The notes beneath the pieces are model-generated. The model saw only the letters and a program-made list of their open reading frames with translations. It ran no database searches and was not told the DNA's origin. From Camelus dromedarius (lineage: Eukaryota), in NCBI RefSeq assembly GCF_036321535.1, contig NC_087436.1, forward strand, positions 8,246,001-8,310,000: DNA of 64,000 nucleotides, in the 5' to 3' direction. This document shows, piece after piece, positions 12,329 through 22,838 of the stretch (position 1 is the first letter of the stretch; each line of letters opens with the position of its first letter). The translations under genes and the position numbers were made by a program.

Positions 12329-12484
12329 ATTGTAGTGCTGGCTATTTAGGTAATTTGAGTCTATCTCATAAATCTTCAGGTCCTCTGCCTTTTCTCTCAA
12401 AATCTCTGATAAAATTGTTCTGGTTTCCTCAGTGTGATCCCAAGTAATTAGAGTCTCCCTTTTGTGTGTGAATCATGTTCTACT
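12329..12484 (-). pseudogene. Exon 10 (156 nt, frameshifted near 5' end): VVEHDSH / KRETLITWDHTEETRTILSEILREKAEDLKIYEIDSNYLNSQHYN
   Basis: ttttattttattaaaag|...|gtgagg; 48 open codons ending in phase 0. Confidence 0.65.
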
Positions 12485-12632
12485 CTTTTAATAAAATAAA
12501 AACGGAATAAAACATACAGAGTTGAAATTCTCTTGGAACGTTAGAAGTGAAAAATCAGAATCCCAAGTTTTATCAATTGAAATAATCTCTGGAAAGGAAT
12601 GATAACTACAGTGCCCTCAAGGAGTGACTTAC

Positions 12633-12745
12633 ACAAATCCACGTGCCATCAGAGAATAATAATGAATAAAGCAATCTAGGTTTGTCTTATGAACACAGAA
12701 TTTTCCTGACAATCTTTTAAGTAAACCAAGATTCTAAGTGTGGTT
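12633..12745 (-). pseudogene. Exon 9 (113 nt, 0-2): NHT*NLGLLKRLSGKFCVHKTNLDCFIHYYSLMARGF
   Basis: ccctgcctag|...|gtaagt; resembles C-terminal DED helices (caspase-8 [23 protein letters not shown], from memory). Confidence 0.7.
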
Positions 12746-12872
12746 CTAGGCAGGGATATGCTGTTATGCTGGGTTTTTTTGTTTTTTTCCTGTTAAATTC
12801 ATTGGGTGAAATGGACATAGTGCTTACAGGGACCTACACAATGTCCCAGGCCTAGATCCCCCCACCCCAAAA

Positions 12873-12887
12873 ATGTGTATATGTGCT

Positions 12888-12919
<32 letters not shown>

Positions 12920-12985
12920 CATATATATATAAAATATGTGTGCATGTGTATATAATGTGTGTGTATGTGTGTATATATATATATA
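12873..12985. repeat. Compound (TG)/(TA) microsatellite
   Basis: direct inspection. Confidence 0.9.
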
Positions 12986-13019
12986 GTCTTAAAATGTTTT
13001 GTGATTGTCTCATCCTATT

Positions 13020-13256
13020 TTTTTTAATTAACCTATAGTCGGTTTACAATGTTGTGTTAATTTCTGGTGTATTGCACAGTGTTTCATATATATATACATA
13101 TATATATATTCATTTTCATTTTAAGTTATTATAGGATATTGACTATAGTTCCCTATGCTATAGAGTAGGATCTTATTGTTTATTTATTTTATATATACTA
13201 GTGCATATCTGTACATCCCAAACTCCCAGTTTACCCCTCCACCTGCCCTCCTACCC
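13020..13256 (-). mobile_element. 5'-truncated artiodactyl-type L1 3' end
   Basis: polyT head, L1 3'UTR text, perfect 14-bp TSD tgtctcatcctatt (13006-13019, 13257-13270). Confidence 0.9.
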
Positions 13257-13279
13257 TGTCTCATCCTATTAATAACCAA

Positions 13280-13770
13280 TGTTGTGGTTGTATCAACCTT
13301 TGTGGTTCTTATTGTGATCGCAAGACTCCCTTCAGCAAAAATCAGGAAACTTGTAAAAAAATAAGTTTACCACTTACAAGACCTAGAAATTACACAGCAC
13401 ACCTGGAGCCACACAGCAAGGTAATGGGCAGAGAGGGTGCAAGAGGGGTTGTGCTTTATTGGGATGGAGGGTGGGGCCAGCCCTAGGGCTTAGTGGGCTT
13501 TTTTACTGAATTTACAACAGAAGAGCAGGAATTTAAAGTGTGGGGGAAAAAAGACCGCAAGTAGTCTAATGGTCAGTTTTTGAACTCAATCAAGATCTCT
13601 AAAACGAAGTAGCCTCAGTGGAAGGAGATGACCTGGTTCTTTATGTCTGCAGCTGGCAATGTGTTAGAGATAGCCGTCCTTGAAGTGGATGCCACAGCAC
13701 CAAACCTAGGTCAGGCACTTGCATTACAAAAAAGAAAGAAACAAAAACACTTGTCAGGGCTTACCCCACA
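13280..13770 (-). mobile_element. Solo LTR (older ERV1-like)
   Basis: TG...CA, ~490 nt, minus-strand AATAAA. Confidence 0.6.
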
Positions 13771-13974
13771 CAAATGTATGAATAATGACCTGGAAGTTAG
13801 TAGGTAACATATATTCACTGAAATGGTAATGACACAAGATGTGGAACTGTATCAAATGAACAATTCTATCCAGGAGACATTATGTTTATAAAATACATTA
13901 TATTTAAAAATAACTCTGCTCCTATTTTCTCACTTTGCAAAAGTTTTCAAGTTCTGCTACTCTGTGATCATTAT

Positions 13975-14439
13975 TGTTGACTGAAGAAAAATGCATAGCC
14001 TCAAAGTCACAAGTTATGTTTTATTTGGGGACCTTACTGAGAACTATAGCCCGGGAGGCAGCCTCTCACATCAGTCTGAGGAATTGCTCTGAAGAGGTAA
14101 TGAAGGATCTGGGATACAAGGAGTTTTTGCTGGAAAAATCAAGAACAAAAAATATAAAAATGTAGTGAACATCAAAGATTACTGCTAATCCCCCAAAACA
14201 GACATCTCAAGTTAATGATTTTTTGTGTATGGGAAGATGCAAGGGTTTGGATTCATTGAAATTTTCCTTAAATATACATCTCAACTACATAGAACTATTA
14301 TCCTAAATGCTTCTTGTTTTTTCTCCATTCTTAATGCCCCTCAGGGGCACTCTGTTGGGGGCAGCCACAGTGACTGACGGCTTGGTGGTGAACAGCATTT
14401 GTTATTTACTGCAAGGGCAGGCAACATACCCTGTCCACA
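13975..14439 (-). mobile_element. Solo ERV LTR
   Basis: TG...CA, TSD ttat/gtat. Confidence 0.8.
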
Positions 14440-14532
14440 GTATAAATTATAGCCAACTGTGAATTTAATGAGTTCATCTCTTCAGAATTATTTCAGAAGC
14501 AAATTGTTAACAATATTCTTTTGCATTCTTAC

Positions 14533-14592
14533 AGCCGTAGGTAAATCCATCATAGATGTATTTACATTTTTATATTTGATCTATATTAGATC
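14533..14592 (-). pseudogene. Exon 8 (60 nt, 0-0): DLI*IKYKNVNTSMMDLPTA
   Basis: tctccttgacttacag|...|gtaaga; 1 stop. Confidence 0.6.
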
Positions 14593-14936
14593 CTGTAAGT
14601 CAAGGAGACTTAAGTTCTGCTAAAGTCTTTAAGTAGCTCTAGTCTTTCAAATACTAGCACAGTCAGCCAAGTTTTAAAATATTGTTTTAAATTTGTAAAC
14701 CATTGGATTCAATGACAGTAAAGCATATGAGGTTTTACTTCCCTTCTAATATATAACATTATTCTGTGTCATAAAAACAAATTCAATGTATTTATTTCCT
14801 TCAGTATAGACTAGTAAAGAAACAATATATGGATGGTTGTCATACAACAGACCTGGAGAGAAGTGGGAAATTTTAACACATCTAACATTGTGCTAATTGT
14901 TCTGCTTAGTTGGCTTTGCCTGACTGTGCTGAATAC

Positions 14937-15716
14937 TGTTAGTCTAGAACTTTGAAGGGTCTGAGATTTTAAGCTCACAAGCTAAGCTAGCAAATTAGCC
15001 TACCATAGTTATAAATATCTATGCCTGTGTTTGTATGTATGCATTAAGTACATAAATGTACTATAAATATTTATGGACATATATGTATGTGCATATGTGG
15101 GTGTCTGTGTGTACAGAAGATTCTTTGGGTTAGAGACAAAGACCACTTACTACTCACAGAAATAGCACCAGCCATAGTGATATCGTGTGTCAGTTTTTTG
15201 AGTATCAGTTCCCATGAGGGTGGCTCAGTGAAGATGAGATGGTTTTGCACGTGCCATGGGGTCAAGTATGAACAAGGAGCTCTGTATTGGGAAACGGTGA
15301 GTACAGACAGGGCTGATGCTTCCCTGTCTATATGAGAGAGAGAGAGAACGTATCTTTACTCTGGAATGAAGAGAATAAATTCTATTCCAGAGAGGGGAAT
15401 GGTATTTCACTCTCCTGGAATGTCTCTGAGGAGGGAGACACTCTCTGCCTGTGTAATGAAAAAGCCACCCTTTCGGGCTTGGACGGAGACACTGTCTATG
15501 TCTTCAAAGAATGTTTTCTATGCCTTGACTATGCATAGCAAAGTTCTGAGTCTCAAAGATAAACGGAATGTGTTTACTCATGACAGCATAGTCTAATAAA
15601 GGGAATATGTCTTTGCAAATAAGCAAATATCTTTGCAAAGATTGCCAGTGCCCTTTGCTTGGAAGATCCAGCCTGTGTGAACATAAGATGCTCATGGAGA
15701 ATTATGTGTCTCAATA
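14937..15716 (-). mobile_element. Old ERVL-class LTR (LTR40/MER74-like)
   Basis: gaagggtctgagatttt...gggttagagacaaag...catggagaatt recalled motifs. Confidence 0.6.
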
Positions 15717-15831
15717 GACACTTAATCTTAATTATGGTGCTTAAGTAGGTTTCATCCAGCACAGCTATTTTATACAACACTGTCTATAAAAATCATTTAA
15801 ATAACTTTCTAGAATGTTAAATAATAACAAC

Positions 15832-15973
15832 AGGAATTTTTGAGAGGTCTGAATTCATATTTTTAACAACTATAACACGATTCTTATTCTTAACGAGGTT
15901 ATTTTTTGAGAGTTTATTTCAGATTTCCAATCTACGCTGGAAACAACTGTAATAGTTCTCAATCTCTAATTCC
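15832..15973 (-). pseudogene. Exon 7 (142 nt, 2-0): RELEIENYYSCFQRRLEI*NKLSKNNLVKNKNRVIVVKNMNSDLSKIP
   Basis: Long pyrimidine tract ending ccatcg (AG damaged); GT donor at the same codon position as in paralogous exon 12; shares L.KNNL.K and VK....DLS with exon 12. Confidence 0.65.
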
Positions 15974-16040
15974 CGATGGAAGATAAGAGAAAGATTTCTC
16001 TATGAAATCCGCATGTATTTCCTCCTCTTCCCATTCTCAC

Positions 16041-16072
16041 CTTCTCCATCCTTGCCCAGGGAAGTAGCTGTC
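16041..16072 (-). pseudogene. Exon 6 (32 nt, 0-2): DSYFPGQGWR
   Basis: strong donor GAAG|gtgaga; weak acceptor caacaag. Confidence 0.5.
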
Positions 16073-16204
16073 CTTGTTGTTTTAAGATAATTACATATAT
16101 ATCACAGAGTATACAATAAAAGTACCGATTACATATACAACACAAACTATCTAATACATCACACCATGAGATGCCCCCCCTGGGAAATTAAACTCGTTAT
16201 TTAC

Positions 16205-16228
16205 TTGGTCCAAAGCTGTACAGATTCC
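16205..16228 (-). pseudogene. Exon 5 (24 nt, 0-0): GICTALDQ
   Basis: ctttttattttag|...|gtaaat. Confidence 0.6.
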
Positions 16229-16496
16229 CTAAAATAAAAAGTGCCACATCTAAGAAATAGAATTTGGCAAGGACCATCCTATAATACACAAATATGGTTT
16301 GTGCTGTGCAAAAATGACCGTATTAATGAAGATACACATTTAAAATTTTCATAATTAAATAGCCATCTGGTTAAGCAATTAAAATGTATAAATTTTTAAA
16401 GTGTTGTTTGGAGGATAAGGTCAGATTTTTATTTAAAAAAAAATCTAACTGTTACAGGATCATTAGACATCATCAACTCCAGCTGCTAGCAAATAC

Positions 16497-17593
16497 TTGG
16501 TGCCACTGGCAGCATTCTCACAATAGTTTTCTCAGACTTCACTAATCCTTCAGAAAACCCAATTGTTTGAGATAGTTATGAAATTTTTTGGTGGTCTGTT
16601 GGTTCATATTCTAAATCGCTAGAATTTTTTTATTGTGATAAAATATAGATAAATACAAAATTTATCATGTTAACCATTTTAAAATGTACAAAGCAGTGGC
16701 ATTTAGTTCATTCACAATGTGGTGCAACTATGACCACTGCAGTCTCCCCTCGGTGTCCACAGGGGACTGGTCCCAGGACCCCCATGGATACTGAAATCTG
16801 CAGATGCTCCAGTCCCTTATATAAAATGGTGGAGTACCATTGGTGTTCCATTTGGATTAAACCAACCTTGCATTGGATTTCTAGTTCTAGAACATTTTCA
16901 TCTCCCCAAAGGAACCCTGTAGCCATTATGTTCCATTATCCCCTTCTCTCATATTTTGACAATCGTTAGTGTGCTTTCTTTCTGTCTCTGTTTGCCCATT
17001 CTGGGTATTTCTTATAAATAGAATCATACCATAAGTGGTCATTTTGTGTCTGATGTTTTTCATTAAAATAATACTGTCAAGGTTCATCAATGTTGTGGTA
17101 TGCATCACTCTTTGATTCTTTTATGGCTGAATAGTATTCCATTTTGCAGAGAGACCATATTTTACCTGTCTATTCATCAGCTGACAGGTATTTGAGTTGC
17201 TTTCCTCTTTGGCTTTTGGAAATGGTGCTGGTATAAACATTCTTATACAAGTTTTTATTTGAACACCTGTATTCAAAGCTTTTGGATACACACTTAGGCA
17301 TGGAATTGCTATCATACGGTAATTCTGTGTTTGACTTTTTGAGGAACTGCCAAACTGTTTTTCACACCAGCTGTGCACCATTCTACAAGCTCACCAACAA
17401 AGTAGGAGGGTTCCAATTTTCTAATTTCACCGCAGTCTTGCCAACATTTTTATATTTTCCATTTTTAAAAATGATTATGATCATCCTCATGAGTGAAGTG
17501 GTATCTCATTCTGGTTTTGACATGCATTTCTTTAATTGCTAATAATATTTGATCCACAAATGGATGGTTTTCAACTTTTGAACTTCTAGTTGA
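16497..17593 (-). pseudogene. Exon 4 split by L1: 17593-17534 STRSSKVENHPFVDQILLAI + 16613-16497 *NMNQQTTKKFHNYLKQLGFLKD**SLRKLL*ECCQWHQ
   Basis: tgaaag acceptor, CAA|gtattt donor. The halves join in frame after removing the L1 and one degenerate TSD copy (aattgctaataat / aatcgctagaat); 4 stops. Confidence 0.65.
16626..17533 (-). mobile_element. L1M(B)-like 3' fragment with nested MER2-like Tigger piece (~16740-16870)
   Basis: polyT head, L1M 3'UTR and ORF2 end text; MER2-like cagtctcccctcggtgtccacaggggactggtcccaggaccccc. Confidence 0.85.
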
Positions 17594-17720
17594 CTTTCAG
17601 GTGCACACAGAACATAAAGTATATAAATAATGTCAAGGCCCTCTTTCCAGGAGCCGTGGCTTCTGGGGTCATAGGGCAACCTAATTTTAGATGTCACTTT
17701 TTAGAATGTAGGAAACTTAC

Positions 17721-17744
17721 TGATAAGTTTATCATGAGATTCAA
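17721..17744 (-). pseudogene. Exon 3 (24 nt, 0-0): LNLMINLS
   Basis: aatttacag|...|gtaagt, consensus splice sites. Confidence 0.65.
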
Positions 17745-17862
17745 CTGTAAATTATGAGGTTAACTAAAACTACTACTCTACTACTAGCATGAATCTGGTT
17801 CTAAATAGGACATTCTGAACAAAACGTGTAGAATGGATGGGGGAAAAAACACACTGTCTTAT

Positions 17863-17945
17863 CCTTGCAAAAGTCACAGTTTCTCCCAATTGTAGCATTC
17901 TTTGATTCTGTGGAATTTTAGTGAAATTTGCAGACTTCTCCTGCA
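17863..17945 (-). pseudogene. Exon 2 (83 nt, phase 1-0): VQEKSANFTKIPQNQRMLQLGETVTFAR
   Basis: aacag acceptor; donor reads ataaga (gtaaga with G>A); open frame; start of DED-like repeat A. Confidence 0.65.
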
Positions 17946-18114
17946 CTGTTACATTAACAACAACCAACACACGCTAAGACGTCTCCCCCAGCCATCGTCG
18001 AGCTTTCAGGATCTTGGAATATTCAGCTCAGCATTTTGGTGCTTGAATCCTTCTCCAGTTTCAGCATCCATTGGCCAAATACCCAGAAGACAAATGCTAT
18101 ATATCTTCTATGGC

Positions 18115-18322
18115 AGGGGTCAGGAGTCAAGCAGTAAATATTTTAGCATTTGTGGGCTATATGGCTCAATCCACCACTGACTCAATAACTCAGATATACC
18201 ATTAAGATGTAAAAATGCCCATTGGCAACACACTAAAAAAAGGGTAAATTTTCCAATAAAAGTCTATTCACATAAAGAGACTGTGGAACAAATTTGTCCT
18301 ACAGACCACAGTTTCTAAGCCT
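18115..18322. mobile_element. MER58-like hAT MITE
   Basis: caggggtcag...agtaaatattttag...gaccacagttt. Confidence 0.65.
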
Positions 18323-18387
18323 CTTTAATAAAAAGATGAAATATAAGATAACATAAATAATCATTAAGTGACTGCTATAAAAAGTAA

Positions 18388-20880
18388 CAGTGTTGTCAAG
18401 AAAAATATAATGTAGGCAACATACATGAGTTTAACTTTTTATCAAGACTTATATAAAAAATAAGAAGAAACAGGTAAAATAATTTCAATAATAGAGTTTA
18501 TTTAACTATAAATTCCAAATATTATCTCAACAGATAAGCAATGTAAGATTATTGATATTTTACTTTTTTTAATATAAGACTTTAAAATTCAGAGTATATT
18601 TTCCATTTATATTACATTTCAATAAGGACACAGATTTTCACCAAGAGACACCTGATTTGTATTTAGCTTTTATAAAATTTCAGTTGAAAAACTAGATACA
18701 TATTCCTAAACATACGGAGGCATTTTCTAATAACTCAATCAAGTAACAGAACGTCATTTTCCTTTAATGATCCATGTTCAAAAAGCTGGTTCATCATTTT
18801 TCAAGAACTGGTTTGACTTTGGAGGAGAAACGTATCAGTTCTAACATATCTATCCAAATTCAGGAAATCCATTGACTATTCTAACTGAGTATTCCTAGCA
18901 TAAAAGGTAGAGTTTATCAAATAAATTGAACAGAAACTACAAATTTATCAATATTGACAAAGTGCTTAAATTTTCTTGTGGTTTTTATAGCTATTGCATA
19001 TGATGCTGTAGATTGCAATTAATATCGTCTGCAGATCTTCATTTAGAAATATGGGCAAAGTCATTGTTATTGATATGCATTATGAAAACTCGATTTCAAT
19101 ACAAATTGTAAACTTGTTCAGGAAGCTTGGCTTCATAAGTGTGGAACGTGTGCAGTTGTGCTGGCTGCGCACTAGGAAGGGCTCTGCTTGAATTAATGCT
19201 GTGCTACTGATGTCTTAAAATTCTTACTGTTTTAGAAAGTGTTCCCACATTTAGTTCTGCCCCAGACATCATAAATTATGTACCTGGTCTTGTTGTCTAG
19301 ATAAGTAACAAAAAATAAATGTACTTTTCCTGGGAAATTTAAACGTGGCTTGTACATCTGCAGTGTGATACGAAGACATAGAAATAACAACTAATGTTGG
19401 TCCCTGACTACTGAATATATAGGAGGCATTTCCTTTGTTCAAGAAAGTCTAGAATTAGAGTTAATATCACCGTGATATTCTTCTACAAGTCAGACAGCGA
19501 GCTCTGGCACAGAACATAGTATCACAGAATCCATTCTTTTCTAGTTCTTTCAACAGTTATATGGACCAGTGACGTTTCACAGCATGTGCATATATATACT
19601 GAGTGCCATTAATAACTTTATCCATCCATTTTCTATAGAATCTGAGTCAAATAATTGGGCATATATATTAATATGTATCATGCAGTAATAATAATAAATA
19701 AGAAAACTATCATTTTCTTGTTTTAAAATTCCAATAAATTAGATTTTTTTTCCTAGAATAACAAGACTCATCCATTGTAAGAAATAATTTTTCCATATCT
19801 AGTTGAGATTCTTTTTCGACAACCACAATAGAACTTAGAATATCTTTGTCATGAGCTTGATTTTTAGGCTGCAAATTGGAAACATTTTTTCTTACTTTCC
19901 AAATATTTTGAGAAAATACTTACCTGATGTTTTAAGCAAGGAATGTCTCTTCCACCTTATAGTTGGAACTAAAGCATTTTCAATTTTAATGCATTGAATC
20001 TAATGGTCATAAATATTGTTGGAAAGATTTTATATTATGTAGGTAACTGGTGGCTTAAGAGAAGATTTTTCACTTTGTTAAAATATGATTTTTTTGGGTG
20101 TAGTGTATAATTCTCTAACACAATTTCCTTAAAATGAGTTACTAATTCATTTTATTTCCTCATCATCTAAATATAGCTTTCATTTTGTTTAAGAACGAAG
20201 TCATCTGACAGCTGGCCAAAATTTCACTCAGATCTTGTTAAATAAGATTTTTAAAAGTCTGTTGAATTTTTAGTTCTAATTTCAGGTGAATAATTTTGTC
20301 AAGTTTTTAGCTTTAGGAAGAATTTTCTTTTCAAATTAAGTATTTTTGTCAACTTTATTATCTGTAAATTTATTTTAGGTGACAGACATATAGGTTTCTC
20401 ATTTTATTCAGCCTAGTGAATTGCATTTGGCATTTATTATAAAATTAACAACATACATCTTTTGAACTCTTTTAATTACTTTTCCATCTTCCGCATCTTT
20501 AACCCATTTGGTATCAGTAATATTACTTTATTATAAAATCAATATGTGTACCTTCTTATTTTCAACTAGAAAACTGTTTAATTATAATTAATGTCATAAG
20601 TGTTGTAATTTAATTTAAAATTACAATGTACATAGTACCACTTAACTCACACTACAACACATTATAATATACATAATGCAAGAGTTAGGGTGAAATGTAG
20701 TGCTAACAAAACAGTACATTTGTGTTTGTAGAGTGATAGTTCCTATTTCTTCAGTTTTTAAACTGAAGTGGAAATTAATACATACTAAATAAATTAAAAA
20801 TCCCAACCCTTATTGTGTTAGCCACAGTTCACACGCTCTTAACTGCATGTGGCCAAGGGTAACTGTGCTGGTTGAGGGCT
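18388..20880 (-). mobile_element. Near full-length Charlie5-like hAT transposon (decayed) with nested MER91A-like MITE (~19122-19292)
   Basis: MER33/MER3-type ends separated by ~2.3 kb of AT-rich internal sequence. Confidence 0.75.
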
Positions 20881-21571
20881 TTCCAATTTGCTTAGTCCTG
20901 AAATAGCTTTAATGACACTCGTTAACAATTTACGTAGGAAGTACTATATAATGTCACAATTTTCAACTGAAGTCACCCTCAACAAATTCTTCAAAATAAC
21001 TGTCATCTAACTATCTAAAGGCCACAATTTTCCATGCTAAGTAACCCTGGTTCCTTTATAATTCTTTATATGGCAGGTTTTAAATTGATGGATGGTAACA
21101 TTTTTTTTCCTAAGCCAGAAATAGTGGCACATAGACCATGTAAATTTTGATGGAGTGAATGCAATTATGACGAGGGGTGAGAGAGGTCCAGAAAATAGTA
21201 TTTTTAGAGAGGAGTAGGCAGAATGAGAATGTTATAGCCAATGCATCATGAGACTTGAGGGCAATGACTTCCTGCAATCGAATGAAAGAGAATTGGAAGG
21301 AGAGTTTAAAGGACAAAATTAATCCTGGAGAAAATTGCAAAAAACAGAGTAGAGGCAGATATGTAATCCACAGTCAAATCTCAAATGTCCCCCAAAATGA
21401 TCTACCCTATTTTTAGTTCTTTAGTGGAATTTTGCTTAGTTCACGAGCTCCTATTGAGTTCACAAGCTAGATAATTTAATCTAGCAATGCCACTGTGTTT
21501 CCTCACTTCAACTCGGAAATCAGATGATAATAATAAGCAAATCAGGGTTTACAGGTCTATTTGTTTCTCAC

Positions 21572-21693
21572 CAATGTTTAGTTCATTCAGATTTTTTGTC
21601 TTCATCTTCCCACCTTAACTCTGAGCGTTGCCTAATTTCCTAGGATCTTATATTTCAACTGGAATTGACTTCTCTGGCTTGGCTGACATCTGT
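21572..21693 (-). pseudogene. Exon 1 (ATG at 21689): MSAKPEKSIPVEI*DPRKLGNAQS*GGKMKTKNLNELNI, ends phase 1
   Basis: tgtag|ACAGATG ... ATTG|gtgaga; phase matches exon 2; 2 stops. Confidence 0.5.
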
Positions 21694-21944
21694 CTACAGG
21701 ACACTGGCTCCTAGTCCCTTCCATCAAGACTAGCACGTGCTGATCTCACGTTGGCCTCCAGCTGCTGGACAGCTCCTTCACTCGAACCACGGTGCACGTT
21801 GAAAATGCAGCCAAGTTTCAACTAAAAGTTTGAAGTGGGAAGTGTAAATGTGAAGCTTGGAGATCTTTGAACCATCTCCCATCAGGCTCCCTCTGAAGTC
21901 ACAGGAGTCGGACTAAGAAGTTTATCTCTTACTTTCTCTTTTCC

Positions 21945-21977
21945 TATATTTATTTTATTTTATTATATATTTCAATT

Positions 21978-22009
<32 letters not shown>

Positions 22010-22548
22010 TTGTGTGTGCTGTGAACACTTAGAATGTACCCCCAGCAGCTTTCAGGTGTGCAATACTATATTGTTAACTGTAGCCCCAGTTTATATTAGA
22101 TATATTAGTTTATATTAGATCCCCAGAACTAATTCTTCTTTTCTTTTTATTTTAACAAGTTTTTGTTAAAGTACAGTCAGTTACAATGTGTCAAGTTCTG
22201 GAGTCCAGCATAATGTCCCAGTCATGTATATACATACATATATTCATTTTCATACTCTTTTTCATTAAAGGTTATTGTAAGAGATTGAATATAATTCCCT
22301 GTGCTATACAGAAGAGATTTGTTTTTTTTTTAAATCTATTTATATACATATAGTGGTTAACCAGAACTTATTCTTCTTAAGACTGAAAGTTTGAACCTTT
22401 TGACCTATATCTTTCTTTCCATTTCTCCTTCCCCCAACCCCCTAGTCCCTGACAACTACCATTATGCTCCCTGTTTGTATGAAATTGGCTTTTCATTTTT
22501 AATACTGCACACACAAGTCATACCATATAGTATTTGTCTTTCTCTAGA
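21945..22548 (-). mobile_element. L1MA-like 3' fragment containing (TG)n (21983-22018) and a younger nested L1 3' end (~22140-22361)
   Basis: duplicated ccagaact.attcttctt flanks the inner element. Confidence 0.8.
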
Positions 22549-22574
22549 CAACTAAGAACAATTATACATCATCA

Positions 22575-22838
22575 ATTTGATGGGTGAGGTCTTGAGGGTG
22601 CAGGTCCCATGACAGTATTAGTGCCCTTAGAAGAGGAGGATGAGAAACCAGAGTTCCCCTCTCCACCAGGTGAGACTATGGCATGAAGCTCGCCAGCTGC
22701 ACATCCGGAGTGCGTGCTCACCAGATACCACATCTTCCAGCACATTCCTCTTGAACTTCCAAGCCTCCAGACTAAATGCATGTTTATCATTTAAGCCACC
22801 GAGACTGTGGCATTTTGTTATAGCAACCCAAACTGACA
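22575..22838 (+). mobile_element. MLT1 (MaLR) LTR fragment
   Basis: cttccaagcctccaga...tttaagccacc...ttttgttatagcaaccc. Confidence 0.8.

Larger units (their letters stand above)
1009..21693 (-). pseudogene. Decayed 15-exon gene encoding three tandem death-effector-domain-like repeats (unitary pseudogene candidate, unidentified)
   Basis: 15 minus-strand exons with GT/AG at 26 of 28 intron ends and mutually compatible codon phases. The spliced translation has three internally similar DED-like segments. Lesions: 9 premature stops (exons 1, 4, 7, 8, 9), a frameshift in exon 10, paired compensating shifts in exon 12, and an L1 inside exon 4. Confidence 0.75.

Noticed and set aside
16540..17560. 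Pyrin-domain reading of DQILLAI*NMNQQTTKKFHNYL (resembles ASC [22 protein letters not shown])
   Set aside because: Covers only two helices; the DED register explains the whole of exons 2-4 and agrees with repeats B and C. Not excluded without a profile search.
17594..17680. Open frame LPYDPRSHGSWKEGLDIIYILYVLCAPE as 5' extension of exon 4
   Set aside because: Would need a 40-nt intron and breaks phase with exon 3.
1009..21693. Identification as CASP8, CASP10, CASP18 or CFLAR
   Set aside because: Three repeats rather than two, each split over 3-4 small exons, and no neighbouring caspase-cluster gene visible in 42 kb upstream; no symbol assigned.
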